Positions 26,075 through 38,043 of a DNA stretch of 64,000 nt are shown piece after piece (the stretch's first letter is position 1; every line of letters starts with the position of its first letter). The position numbers and the translations under genes are program-made. The notes beneath the pieces are model-generated. The model did not search any database and was not told where the DNA came from. It saw only the letters and a list, made by a program, of their open reading frames with translations. The stretch is from Trichosphaerium sp. ATCC 40318 (taxonomy: Eukaryota > Protista > Tubulinea): assembly GCA_038496445.1 (NCBI GenBank), contig JALMLS010000577.1:806001-870000 (forward strand), given 5' to 3'.

Positions 26075-27688
26075 ATGTCACGTGTTTATCTACTGGTAGT
26101 TTTTTTTATTGTTTGCAGTTTAAATATTGTATCAACAAGAAAACTATGGAGCGGCGGTTTTGGTCCTGGGTGGGAGGATAACTGGAATATTGTGGATGGA
26201 AGGATAACGTCAAAAGTTCCAGGAGGAGGCGGAAAGATTGTAGAAGGAGATAAAATGGTTGTCACTTACTTACCTGTAAGTTCTACTAGCGCTAGCTAGC
26301 ACAGCAATACAACTTACTAATCCAGCATTAGAATGAAGCATCTGATAGTGGTGTATGGATTTTGGCTATACCTATCGACTTGACATCGTACAGAACTCTA
26401 TGCTTGAGGTAATATCAAGTCCGAGTCTTTGTTTTTGTTTTTTTTTCCTTGTTGACCGATTAATATTGCAGCTACCGCATTAAAGTACCGACCGATTTTG
26501 AGTTCAGTAGAGGTGGTAAACTTCCTGGGCTATATGGAACAAAATCTGATGATAAACTTAATGGGCTTTGTACTGGCGGTGATCCTCCTGGACCTTGTTA
26601 TACAGCTAGACACATGTACATTCTAGAATAAAAGCACATTTTCTTTGTTCCGTAAAAAGGCATCTGGAACTTACGTTGTGTTAGGTGGAGAAGACAAGGT
26701 GATGGCGAGATTTATGGTTACATGCCGTTCCCACCCAAGTCGTATGTCGTATTCTAAGTAGAAGTTGTACTAACTAAGTTGTAGTATCTGTGATCGTCCT
26801 GAAAACCATTGCCATGAGATTTACGGAAAGTCCCTTGGTAGAGGGAGTTGGAGGTTTCCAGCTGATGGAAAGTATCATACGCTGAGACAAGAAATCAAGC
26901 TTAACACTGGTGGTAACTCGAACGGACATGCCAAGTCATGGTTTGATGGACAGCTCAAGTATGATCTTCAAAACGTTAAATGGAGAGCAAGCGATGATAT
27001 AAAGCACAGAGGCATCATTTTCAACACATTCTACGGAGGTTAGTATTGATATTATCTTTTGGTAATTATTGATCGCGTGCTTCGCAGGAGATAGAACTTG
27101 GGCGCCTCAAAAGGCAACTAAAATGTACTTTGGTAACTTCGAAATACATGATGGATGTAGCACTTCATCTGAACCATCCTATGATGAAGTTTGTTTAACA
27201 AAGACAGTAACATCGATCTCAGGAACTAGTTTCAGTGTATCTGTAGACTATACTTCTAGAACAAATCAGGACTTGCGTATGTCCATATGAATAGTTGAAG
27301 TGTGTCGTATCTCTAACAACTGTCAGGTGTTTCACTTTTCACGGCAGCGAAGAAATACGTGTCTCACCTTGAAGTTCCAATAAACAAGGGCTCCGGTAGT
27401 AAGACGGTACGCGACTAGAATATTATCCCCGAGTGTGTTGAGTGTGATGTTCAGGTTACAGTATCGAGCAGAGACTTCAGAGGAAGTGACTTTAAGATAA
27501 AGGTGTCACTTGAGCCAACAGGAAAAAACTACCAATTCGAAACAGCTGCAAAGTTATTTGATGCAGGAAAAACTGGATGTACAGCCCGTGTACTTGCAAG
27601 GTCATCAACCAGCGCGAGCTCATCGTTAATAATATCTATGGTTAACTTGATAGCTTTGATTGTCCTGCTCTTGTCATTCCTTGATTAG
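26075..27688 (+). CDS. Polysaccharide lyase family 14 (alginate lyase-like), secreted, probable GPI anchor, multi-exon
   Basis: DFEFSRGGKLPGLYG, ARHMWRRQGDGEIY, SLGRGSWRF, QEIKLNT, GIIFNTFYGG; signal peptide and hydrophobic tail. Confidence 0.88.
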
Positions 27689-27970
27689 GTAGCAACCGGT
27701 GCATATACCGAATTATGTACTTGTCCAAATAAACTACAAACTATCTCACTTCACACTGTCTGATACTACAAGCTGTTTATTAAACTAGAAATATTTCTTA
27801 AATACCTTTTAATGAGACTTAGTTACAATAGGTTAAAAGTTATCACGTGATAAGAAAGAAAAAAGAAACAAAAAAAAAGGTTTATTTTAACAGAACAATA
27901 CAACTCAGTTATTCTAACAGCAAACAAAAGCATTGACCTAGTTTAAAATGAGGTTTGCTTAAAAACAGCC

Positions 27971-28983
27971 TTAAAAGCGTTGGCTGAATCCAAAACCGCC
28001 AGTGTTTTTCTTCATAGGGAGTAACATGGAGTGGATGTTAGGAATGACTCCAGCATTAGGGAAAATGCATTGTTTGGTCAGTTTATTGAGTTCCTCATCG
28101 TTACGAATTGCCTATAAGAAGGTCAAATAAAGTACTGTAATGGCTAGGACTATAGAAGCGAAAAAAACCAAGAGAACTGTAGACAACTTTTTTTTGTCAA
28201 TGGTTTTTTTTGTGGTTTCTTGTAAATACTACGTACCAATAGAATATGACGTGGAGTGATCCTAGCCTTTTTATTATCGCGAGCAGCGTTTCCACCTAAT
28301 TCGAGTACCTCGGCTAGTAGATCAGTAAGTTACTTGATTTTTCGAAAAAAAACTTTCGATTTTCCGTTACCTGTAAGGTATTCCAATACAGCGGCCAAGT
28401 ACACAGGTGCACCTTGACCAACACGAGCCTTGGTCTTGCTTTTAATATGCTTGAGCACGCGAGGAACAGGGAAAGTCAATCCTGCGCGCAGACTCTTGTT
28501 TCCTTTGTCAGAACAGTTGTATTTTGTGACAGCCTTGAAGAATTGTTTAATGAGCATCGCCAAACGGCATTATTAAAGATCTAGTAACACGAACCTTTGT
28601 GCCCTCGCTGACAGCGTGTTTGGCAAGTTCACCAGGAAGTACAAGTCTAACACCTACGGAAGGTGTTAAAATGAGGCCTGGTTGTGACTTTGGCGTACCT
28701 GTTTGAATTTCGCGCGAGGTGATAGTGCTCTTTTTTACATGTTGCATTAGCGTTATTGCTTCTTCAACAACACGTTTGAGAATGTCGTGAACTAAGTATA
28801 TTAGGGTTTTAAAGCGCTAACGGACTTACCATAGTCGTCCATGATTGCTTGGGCCTGTTGGCTTATGCCAGTGTCAGGGTGTACCTATTTACCGTCAAAA
28901 GAATCGTTTTATACGCGTTCTACCTGTTTGAGCACTTTGTAGATGTAAATCTTGTAAGAGTCGTATGCCCTGGCTTTAGACAT
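27971..28983 (-). CDS. Fused histone H2B-H2A doublet, 7 exons
   Basis: [20 protein letters not shown]...[34 protein letters not shown] is continuous in frame with [11 protein letters not shown]...[51 protein letters not shown]...PNIHSMLLP...SQRF*. Confidence 0.92.
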
Positions 28984-29094
28984 TGCGAACGTTGTATCTA
29001 ACAGGTCAGTACCGGCAGTTCTAGGAATAGCATTAAGGCGCCCGTTTTTGTTTTCTTCAAAACGTTAAGTTGTAACGAAACTTCGGTTGTTACA

Positions 29095-32000
29095 ATGTCC
29101 AATCAAATAGCTCGTTATGTCGGTATTGGTATCCCAGTATTGTTTGGATCTGCGTTATTGTACCTCAAGTCAAAAACGCCAAATTTGTACCGAGACCTTG
29201 GATATATGTACCTGTACGTATAAAACGCTTCGTTTTAGCGGTTTTAAAATATTTTAGCGGCCTTCGTTTGAAAAGAGACTCAGCGGCCTTGTATAGCGCC
29301 ACGCGATGGTCTCTTCACGATTTCTTTAAACAAACGTGTAAAAAGTACGTATCTAAAGCCCTTACTGGCACAACCTCCCCATTTGTCCCTTACCCATTTA
29401 TAACAATAATTGGCATACTTTCAACAGACAACAGACAAAAACTTTCCTGTTCGTTAAAATCTTTCCTGTTGTTAAAATCGCTTGTCTTCTACGTGAAAAA
29501 CGCCCTCACACATGATGATTTCGTCAACCAACGACTTTGTAGATACCCAGGCAAGGAAGCAATAAGATTTATCGGCAATGATGGCTCTACACGTAGTATG
29601 ACCTATGCTGAGCTCGATATTCTGTCAAATCAAGGTATGAAGAACGAACTCGCCGTTTAAAACTTTTGGTTTTATCTATTTGACCTTTTTTCACTCTTTT
29701 TGGGAATGTTTGATTTCCCTCGCCAAAAACTTCGCTTTGTCACGTGTTATGTAGTAAACTACTAAAAAATTTGAACATAAAACATTCTAAATAACTTTCA
29801 GTCGCAAACTGGGGACGTAAATTGGGTTTAAGCGCTGGAGATGTTGTTGGTATAGTTCTCAAGGTAGTTTTGTTTTAATATTATTTGCCCGACTCTTGCT
29901 CACTTATTCGCTCTTAGAATTGCTTGGAATGGCCTGCTATCTTTCTAGGACTAGCTAAAATAGGTGTTGTAAGCGCTTTGATCAATACAAACCTATCTGG
30001 ACAACCTCTACGCCATTCTTTAATAACAACTGGCGCTAATGTTTTTATTGTTGGTCATGGTAATATTTCTTTGACTTCACCTTTGCGCACAGAGGTACAC
30101 AACAGATTTATAAATATTCAAATTATCACGTGGTGTTTTTTCTCTACGCTGCGAAGAACCAGTCTCCAAAACACGCAAATGACCTGAACCATGAACAAGC
30201 TCTGAACCTTTAATCTTTTGATCTATTTTTATTTACTTCCAACTTGTTAATTCTTCTATCATGACAAGTACTTGCTCATTCTGATTTTTACAGGATACGC
30301 CAGAACTCTACGAGGGGCGTTGGTTCAGCGTTGGAAAAGGAGAATTCGCAGACTACTCACCATTGATGGATGAAGTCAAAGAATTTCCAACACATTTAAT
30401 CGGTGGAGGAGTACCAACACGTAGTCCTCATGATACACTAGCATACATATACACATCTGGAACTACCGGATTACCAAAAGCTAGTATTATTAAGAACTCA
30501 CGTATATATGGAGCAGGATGGGCTTTTTGCAACTTTTTTGGTATTAAGCCTACAGATAGAATGTATACTGCTCTTCCTCTTTACCACAGGTACTAACCGG
30601 TTGTTTATCACTCATTTATGTTACTTTCAGTAATCACTTTCCTTTGTGGTTGAGTACTTAACCTCAAGCTTGAAGTCGTTATTGTCACTTTTTTTAAAGC
30701 TAATATGTTTGGTTAGTTCAGCGCTTTTAATTGGACTTGGGTCTACCATTTATTCTGGCTGTACTTTTATTATCCGTGAGAGATTCTCTGCGCGTAGATT
30801 TTGGCAGGATTGTAATGAAAACGATGCTACTGTGGTTCAATACATAGGTACTGTACTCTTTTGTCTGCGTACAATTATCAAAAAAAAACTTCACGCAAAA
30901 TTTATCACACATGGTTGTTGCTGGTAGTAGGCATTTTGTTTTATTAATTTTTTATTTACGTAGGTGAACTTTGTCGTTATCTTGTTGATTCTCCTCCAAC
31001 TGAATGGGATACTAAGCACAAGTATGATTATTTTAACCTTTATTTTTTTCTGATTTTGGTTTTCTTTCTAGTGTTCGTTTGGCTATTGGAAATGGATTAC
31101 GTCCAGATGTCTGGAAGAAGTTTGTTGAACGTTTTGGTAACCCACAGATTGGCGAGTTCTACGGTGCTACAGAGGGTAACGCCACTCTACTTAATGGAGA
31201 GAACAAGCTAGGTAAATATCACCACCGTTTTGTTTTGTATTTAGTACAATGTTCTAAAAGCTTCTACCCTTTAGGTGCTGTTGGATTTGTACCTCCTTTG
31301 CTTAAAAATTTATACCCTGTTGTTTTGGTTGCCGTTGATGCTATAACTAACGCACCAGTACGCGATGAAGCATCAGGATTTTGCACTGTTTGCAAACCAG
31401 GTATGTTCGAGGTCTTAGCTCACTATATCTTTTCCCTAACTATTTATTTAAAGGGCAGATTGGTGAATTATTAGGTAAGATAGTACCTGGTGATCCAAGT
31501 AGAGAATTCCATGGATACACTAATAAAAAAGCTTCCGAGAAAAAGGTAAAGAATAATTTCTTTGTTGCAACAACAAAAAAACTATCTCCAAAACTGTGGC
31601 ACAGTCGTGTTGTGATAAGTGTTTTATTTGATTTATTGAAATAACTGGATCATTTAGATTTTGAGAGATGTATTAGAGAAAGGCGATATGTACTTTAGAA
31701 GTGGTGATTTGCTTAGAAATGATAAAGTACGAAGCATATAAATCTTGTATTTTGTTTTGATGTTCACAGACGTCTTTGTTTTCCGAATTCTTACTGGATG
31801 TTGTAGGAAGGATACTATTACTTTGTTGATCGTATTGGCGATACTTTCCGTTGGAAAGGAGAAAACGTTAGCACATCAGAAGTTGAGCAAGCAATCATGA
31901 GGTTCCCTGGTAACATTCAAGAATCTTCTGTCTATGGTGTACAAATTCCAAATAATGATGGACGTGCAGGGTACTTACATACATAATTTGAAAGACGAAG

Positions 32001-32620
32001 ATTATTATAGCTAAACTGGTGTAGTATGGCAGCTCTTGTAGGTGGCGAGTGGGATGCAAAGAAGTTCTACAATCACATAATGAATGGTACGAAAAAGAAC
32101 AAGAATAGAAAAACTTTTTTTTTTGTGAAAAAGGGAGTCAAATCGAGTTCTCAGGAAGTTTATCTTTATGAAGGTTGAAAACATCGTATAAGATAAAGTA
32201 TTTTTTGTTTAGCATGATACCTAAAGCTTTGATTGCTTTGTGTACAACCACAGCTGGCAGGCTTTTTCTTTTTTTCAAACTTTACAAAAAAAAAAACCAG
32301 TTTGACTAATACTTTACTTTTTAGAATTACCTTCTTACGCTGCGCCTTATTTCGTAAGATTAACAGAAGAGATGGTACTTACAGCAACATACAAACATAA
32401 AAAAGTTGCCATGGTTAAAGAGGGTTTTAATCCAAACGTTATCAAGGCAAGTGATTCAAAACAAAAAAAATCAGAAGCAGATTTCTTTCGATTTTTTTGA
32501 AGAATTAACTAACTTTAGGATCCTTTATTCTTCCGTGATGATAAGAAAAAGACATATGTTCCTCTTACAGTAGAATTATACCAAGCTATTGTGGGTAATA
32601 CACTGAAAGCAAAGTTGTAA
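29095..32620 (+). CDS. Fatty acid transport protein / very-long-chain acyl-CoA synthetase (SLC27 family) with PTS1 (…AKL*), multi-exon
   Basis: [55 protein letters not shown]. Confidence 0.95.
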
Positions 32621-32811
32621 TAGATTAAAAAACTTGTTTTTCTCAGTATACTTTCACAGATCTACTTGTGTTTTTTTGCACGTAGTATCGCACAAGCACG
32701 TGAAAGACGTTTTTTCATGTTAAGTGATACTTTAGTATCAGGGTTTTATTTTTGTTAACCATGTAGTATCCGTCAATGTACAAGACAACGCGAGTTTTAG
32801 AAAAACAGTTT

Positions 32812-33570
32812 TCACCCATCTAGAACACCTTCGGTATAGTTTAACGTCAACTGTAGTCTTCCATCAGCATACCAAAGGTTATATTCACCATGTATAAGAC
32901 CGTTCTTACTATTATAATCTTCCTTTAGCTGACCATTTGAATACCATCTTCTACACCTTCCATGTCTTACTCCACGCGAATAAAATAAACGTTCTGTTAC
33001 AACATTATTTAAAAACCCCAAATACTCTCCTTCTAACAAACCATTTTTATAAAAACAGTGGTTAGCTATGGTTCCATTAGGTCTCCACAACTTAAACTCA
33101 CCATCTTTCTTCCCTTGCTTACAATAGTATAACCTATGTAGTTCTCCAGTATCATACCAATCCTTATGTTCACCTTCTTTTTTATCATTGCGAAAGTAGC
33201 AAACAACACGTGGCTTGCCATTCTTGTACCACTTTGATAGCTTGCCTTCAATTTTACCTTTTTTTGTGTTGTACTCTTCCTTTTTATTTCCATTTTTATA
33301 CCACAGTGTGGCCTTACCATTACTTACACCATTGACCACGTGACTTTCAGAAATCAGATTACCATTTTTTGACCAGACTGAAATAACTCCGTGCTTTTTT
33401 CCGTTGCGAAAAGAAGTTTGAACACGATCTAAAGTAGGTTTTTTGTAGGAAATAAAAATGCCATGTTTTTCAAAGTTATCATCGAATCGTGTTGTTAAAG
33501 CTGTTTGTCTACATAGTAAAGGCCATTTTATATATATTTCACTCTCTAGATTGTGTATTAAGGGGTTATA
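32812..33570 (-). CDS. MORN-variant repeat protein (long exon; start not resolved)
   Basis: Repeats of WYxNG...G.KHG; frame open from an AG acceptor at ~33571. Confidence 0.8.
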   Translation of the reverse strand, partial: YNPLIHNLESEIYIKWPLLCRQTALTTRFDDNFEKHGIFISYKKPTLDRVQTSFRNGKKHGVISVWSKNGNLISESHVVNGVSNGKATLWYKNGNKKEEYNTKKGKIEGKLSKWYKNGKPRVVCYFRNDKKEGEHKDWYDTGELHRLYYCKQGKKDGEFKLWRPNGTIANHCFYKNGLLEGEYLGFLNNVVTERLFYSRGVRHGRCRRWYSNGQLKEDYNSKNGLIHGEYNLWYADGRLQLTLNYTEGVLDG

Positions 33571-34302
33571 CTAAAATGTCGAAGAAAAAGTCAAACAAAT
33601 GTCGAAGTGATATTGAACTGTTCGCCACAAAGGGAGACAACTGGGTTATGGCGCTCAGTCGCCGCTAGGCTATGCACCCCCAAACCCCCCCTAAAAGGGG
33701 GGGCTTTCTAAATAGTTCCTATGACATAATATAGGATAATTAGTGTGCCGAATTTTTGACTTTTTTTTGACAAAGTTCTACATATTTGTGTTACCGCTAT
33801 TCTATTGTATTAAGTATTGTAGCTCTAAAGGAATATGTAACAAGGAACAGTGCGTTGAAATCATAAAGAGAAATCTTGTCGTGTATTTGAAGTTACAGTT
33901 TTGGCCTCTGAAAAAAAAGGCAGTCTGCCTGATTCTTGCTGTTGTCTCCTGAGAGTCTCAACGTGTACACATGCCATTGACATCAAAGGTCTTGCGAATG
34001 TTCTTAATGAACCAGAACGTACGTGTCACAAGCGCGTGTCAAAAGCGCGCGACTTTTTTTTTTCTTCAAATTGTATTTGCTGCGCTTTTCAGTATCCAAA
34101 CGTATTCAATGTTCTCATGGGTTCCTAGAAGCAATGTGTATGTGAATATTTTTACGCTTCAGGCTAAGTCAATAACAGTTCGTCTCGAACCTCTTTCTGT
34201 TGGCCTAATTTGACTTGTTGAACAGCGTGAAGTAAGCGCTTGCTTCTTAAACATTCAAACCTAACTAGATTATTCAAATAGCTAAGCTTCTGTCCGCACG
34301 TG

Positions 34303-37300
34303 ATGCACGCATTCTTACTGGTGTTACTGGTTTTTTATGGAACGCTATTAAACATCGTAGGCTGTTCTTGTATTTATATTGGTACGCCGAACAATTTTAA
34401 TGAGCCTGCTGACGTCTCCTCGAGGAGGTGGAAGCGCTGGAGATAACGGCCAGACTGTACAGTATTGCACAAAAGAAGATAATGAAATAGGTGAATGCTC
34501 GTGTTTCGGTACATTCAATGGTATTACAGGGATGATAGGGTGAGTTTTATTAACTCGACAGAATTTATATAAGCGTGTTCGCTTTTTTTTCGTTCGTACA
34601 CTTTTCACAGTATTGTTCCAATAGGATTACAGAGAGGCTTTTCTTTGTTCGCGAGTCTTCTATACTAAGTATGATCATTGACGATTTCGTACTCCCAAGC
34701 GAATTCGAGATTGACGATGAGAGTATAGTACAATATAATGATACAGAGTACAACCAATACAAACAATCTTTTTTTTATTTTTATTCGAAAGATCACGTGA
34801 TAAAAAAAGTAGAGATTGATGTGACCTAGGTGTTTAAATTTGCGCGGATCTGGGTCAGGTGATGATATGCTACTGCTACTTTGTGATGATGAAAACAACG
34901 AAGTATCACTTTTGCCACTGGGATCAAGATTTGATTTAGACTCTGTGTGAACCAAATTTTATTGCTTGTTGACTAACTATTCTTTAAAGGAACTCATCTC
35001 TCTAATGCCTGCTACAATGGTCGAATCTCTACAGATTGGTCCAGATTCAACTAAAATTTTCATAGCTGAGAATGATTTATGGGTGGTAAATCTAAGAAGT
35101 TTGCTCAAACTGTTTTGTTTATTCTAAATTTTTTTGTTTAAAGGTTTGGAATAGCTCTTACATAGTGCCTATCAACGATAGTATAAGGGGAGGCGAATCA
35201 CCTATTTCTATCGTATGGCTAGATGGTAAGCGCTTGTATAATGGAGTATAGATTAATGCTAGGTATAGAAATGCCAGATGTATTTTACGCGTGTTTGCAA
35301 TCATCGAATGGCGGTAGCTTGGTTGAGTTCAGTTTGACACAACGAATGGATTCAGTTCTTGATTTGACATCTTGCGGAGCAATGACTGTATGTCATAGTG
35401 TTTATTAGTTCCTAATTAATCCATAGGCTTTAGAAGAGACATCTGTAGTGTACATAAGTGACGGTAATGACAAGGTACATGCAACTGACAGCTTTGTTAA
35501 AATTGTTACTTTGACAAACCACCTTACTTCCTGAACAAAGATCCAAGTTGTAGACGTTGTCACCAAAACATTAATACAAACAATTGATATACCAGATATA
35601 ACTGCTATTCGTTTTATTGCAGAAGCTAGTTGTCCACTAGGTAACTGAAGTTTTTTTTTGAGAAGAATCTTTTCCAGAACTTGTTGTTAAAAAAGTTGTT
35701 ATAGATGAAACAATACGTACACATGTCACAGCGACAATATCAGGTTTGGATATTGATGGAAACGAATTGATTCGACAGATAAACAATGCAGTGCAAAGTT
35801 TGGGTGCATTACAGGGATCACTCATGTATCTGAACCAAACTGAAAGTGATAACAATAGTACAACAATAGCAGCGTTTGCTAAAGGTTATTACCTCTTTAA
35901 CATAATCAAGTTTTTCTGACTATTTTACTCCTTAGGCAATCAGGCTTTAATAAGCCAATTAAAGCTGACGTGTTGTAGCAATATGGATATTATAGGCAGG
36001 AGTATTTTGAGTTGCACAAGTGCGTCGAACATTATCACTTTTCTTCACCTTCTCGTTTCGTGTTTCGCCACTTACTGGTTATTAGTTGGAGGAGATCCTG
36101 TTTGTTGCAACGAAAACGAAAATACATGTACAACAGAAATTCCATCAACCCAGGAATCCAGTCAATCGGAAGATGATGGTAGCTTTCCAATAGCTGCTGT
36201 TGTTGTACCTGTTGTACTTCTATTAATTTTGTGCATTATTGCAATCATTATCTTGGCTATATTTTATGCACGTGTTCGCTCTTTTGTTTTTGAAACATAA
36301 CGCATTTATTAGACGAAACGAGGTGGTGATATAAAGACAAAAGAAATCAGCCAAAAGTCAGGTTTGATCTTGTTTCAGCATTGTTGCTTCTAAGTTAAAA
36401 TAGATGATGTGTATATTGACATGCCTGACAAACAACCGGATAGATACATCAAGGCCAGTATTGACGATTCTGTAAAGGATATAAAGGACGAAAAAATGAC
36501 GTCAAAGAGGGTACAAGAATGGATGATAGACTTCAGTGAGCTAACCGTTGGTGATTTGCTTGGTGAAGGTAAATTAAAACGCTTTTACAAATTTGTAACA
36601 AAGTGTTTTAGGAAGCTATGGTACTGTACACAAAGGAAAATGGCGGCATACCGACGTTGCCATTAAATATTGCTCAGATGTCGCAGGTGCTCAGGGCTTT
36701 ATTGCTGAGGCAAAGTTGATGGCACAGCTGCGACCTCATGCACACGTTGTTCAAGTATGACCTCTGTTTGTTAGTATCTGAGAAACTGATGTTGATAGGT
36801 TTATGGTGTGAGTATTCAGAATGATAAACTTTATTTGCTTGTGATGGAATACATGGCAGGTAATAGACCCTACTTTCTCTGATTTTCTTGGCTTTTAATT
36901 CAACTAACAGGAGGATCACTCGATAATTTGTTATTCGGAAGTATGAATAAGATTTCTTTGAAAAAGAAACACTTTATCTGTCTTGGCGTTGCAAGAGGTT
37001 TGAATCATCTACACAAAGAAGGTATCGCTCACAGGTGCGGTTTTGAATCATGTGTGCTATCTTTAATTACTTATCGGTTTATTTAGGGACTTGGCAGCAC
37101 GTGAGTGATTTACTAATGATTACAAAGGTAATTAACAATACGTTAGGAAATGTACTTTTGGATAACAAAGGCATACCGAAAATAAGTGACTTTGGTATGT
37201 CACGGTTACTTGGTAGAGATTCTGCTCAATCATCCACAAAGAGCAACATCGGTCCTGTCAGGTAATCTTTAGATTGTTTCCGCAACTGTATTTACCCATA

Positions 37301-37648
37301 TGAAAGGTGGATGGCACCAGAGTGTTTCTTAAAAAAGTACTCAGAAAAGTCAGATATTTGGTCTTTCAGTTCGTTTATGGTACAACGCCTTTTTGATATA
37401 CCCACATTCCATTGATTTAATTCATGTACTAGTATGAAGTATTCCACGAGAAGGAGCCATTCAACGGAAACAACGATTTGCTAAGTTTGGCAGTCGACAT
37501 CCGAGACAATGGATCAACTCCTGAAATTGATCAAGATTTAACTCCAGAACAATATCAAGGCTTGATGAATCAATGTTGGTCAATCGATCCAAATGATAGA
37601 CCTTCAGCTGATGATGTATGTAATCAATTGGCATCAATAAAACTGTAA
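34303..37648 (+). CDS. Receptor tyrosine-kinase-like protein, copy 1, multi-exon
   Basis: Signal peptide; TM helix AAVVVPVVLLLILCIIAIIIL; GEGSYG, HRDLAARN, DFGMSR, GPVRWMAPE. Confidence 0.92.
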
Positions 37649-38043
37649 ATTAAATAAAACAATTAATACCCAGCTATTCTCTCATACTACATCTCTGTAT
37701 TTTAATACCTCACTTGAACTCGTCGACCAACTGTTGGAACTTTACCTAAGTTAGCTACCGTTTGATTTAGTACTTCTGACTCTTAGTATTCACATAACAT
37801 ACGGATTCGCTGCAAAAAAACAGATCACATCGTATCACATAGTGAGTAACAGTGTGTTCGCGTACAGAGTAACTTTGACTTCAATCATTTGGGTAAGTAA
37901 AATTAATCACTGTGGCGTTGTAACTTTGGTACGGTAGTCAATGATCGTCTCAAGTTTCACAAGCCGGCGACTAAAGCAGCTACTTCTGAGCGCTTTCTCA
38001 AAATTACAACAAACCATTTGTTTATTTCGTAAAAGAAGAACGT

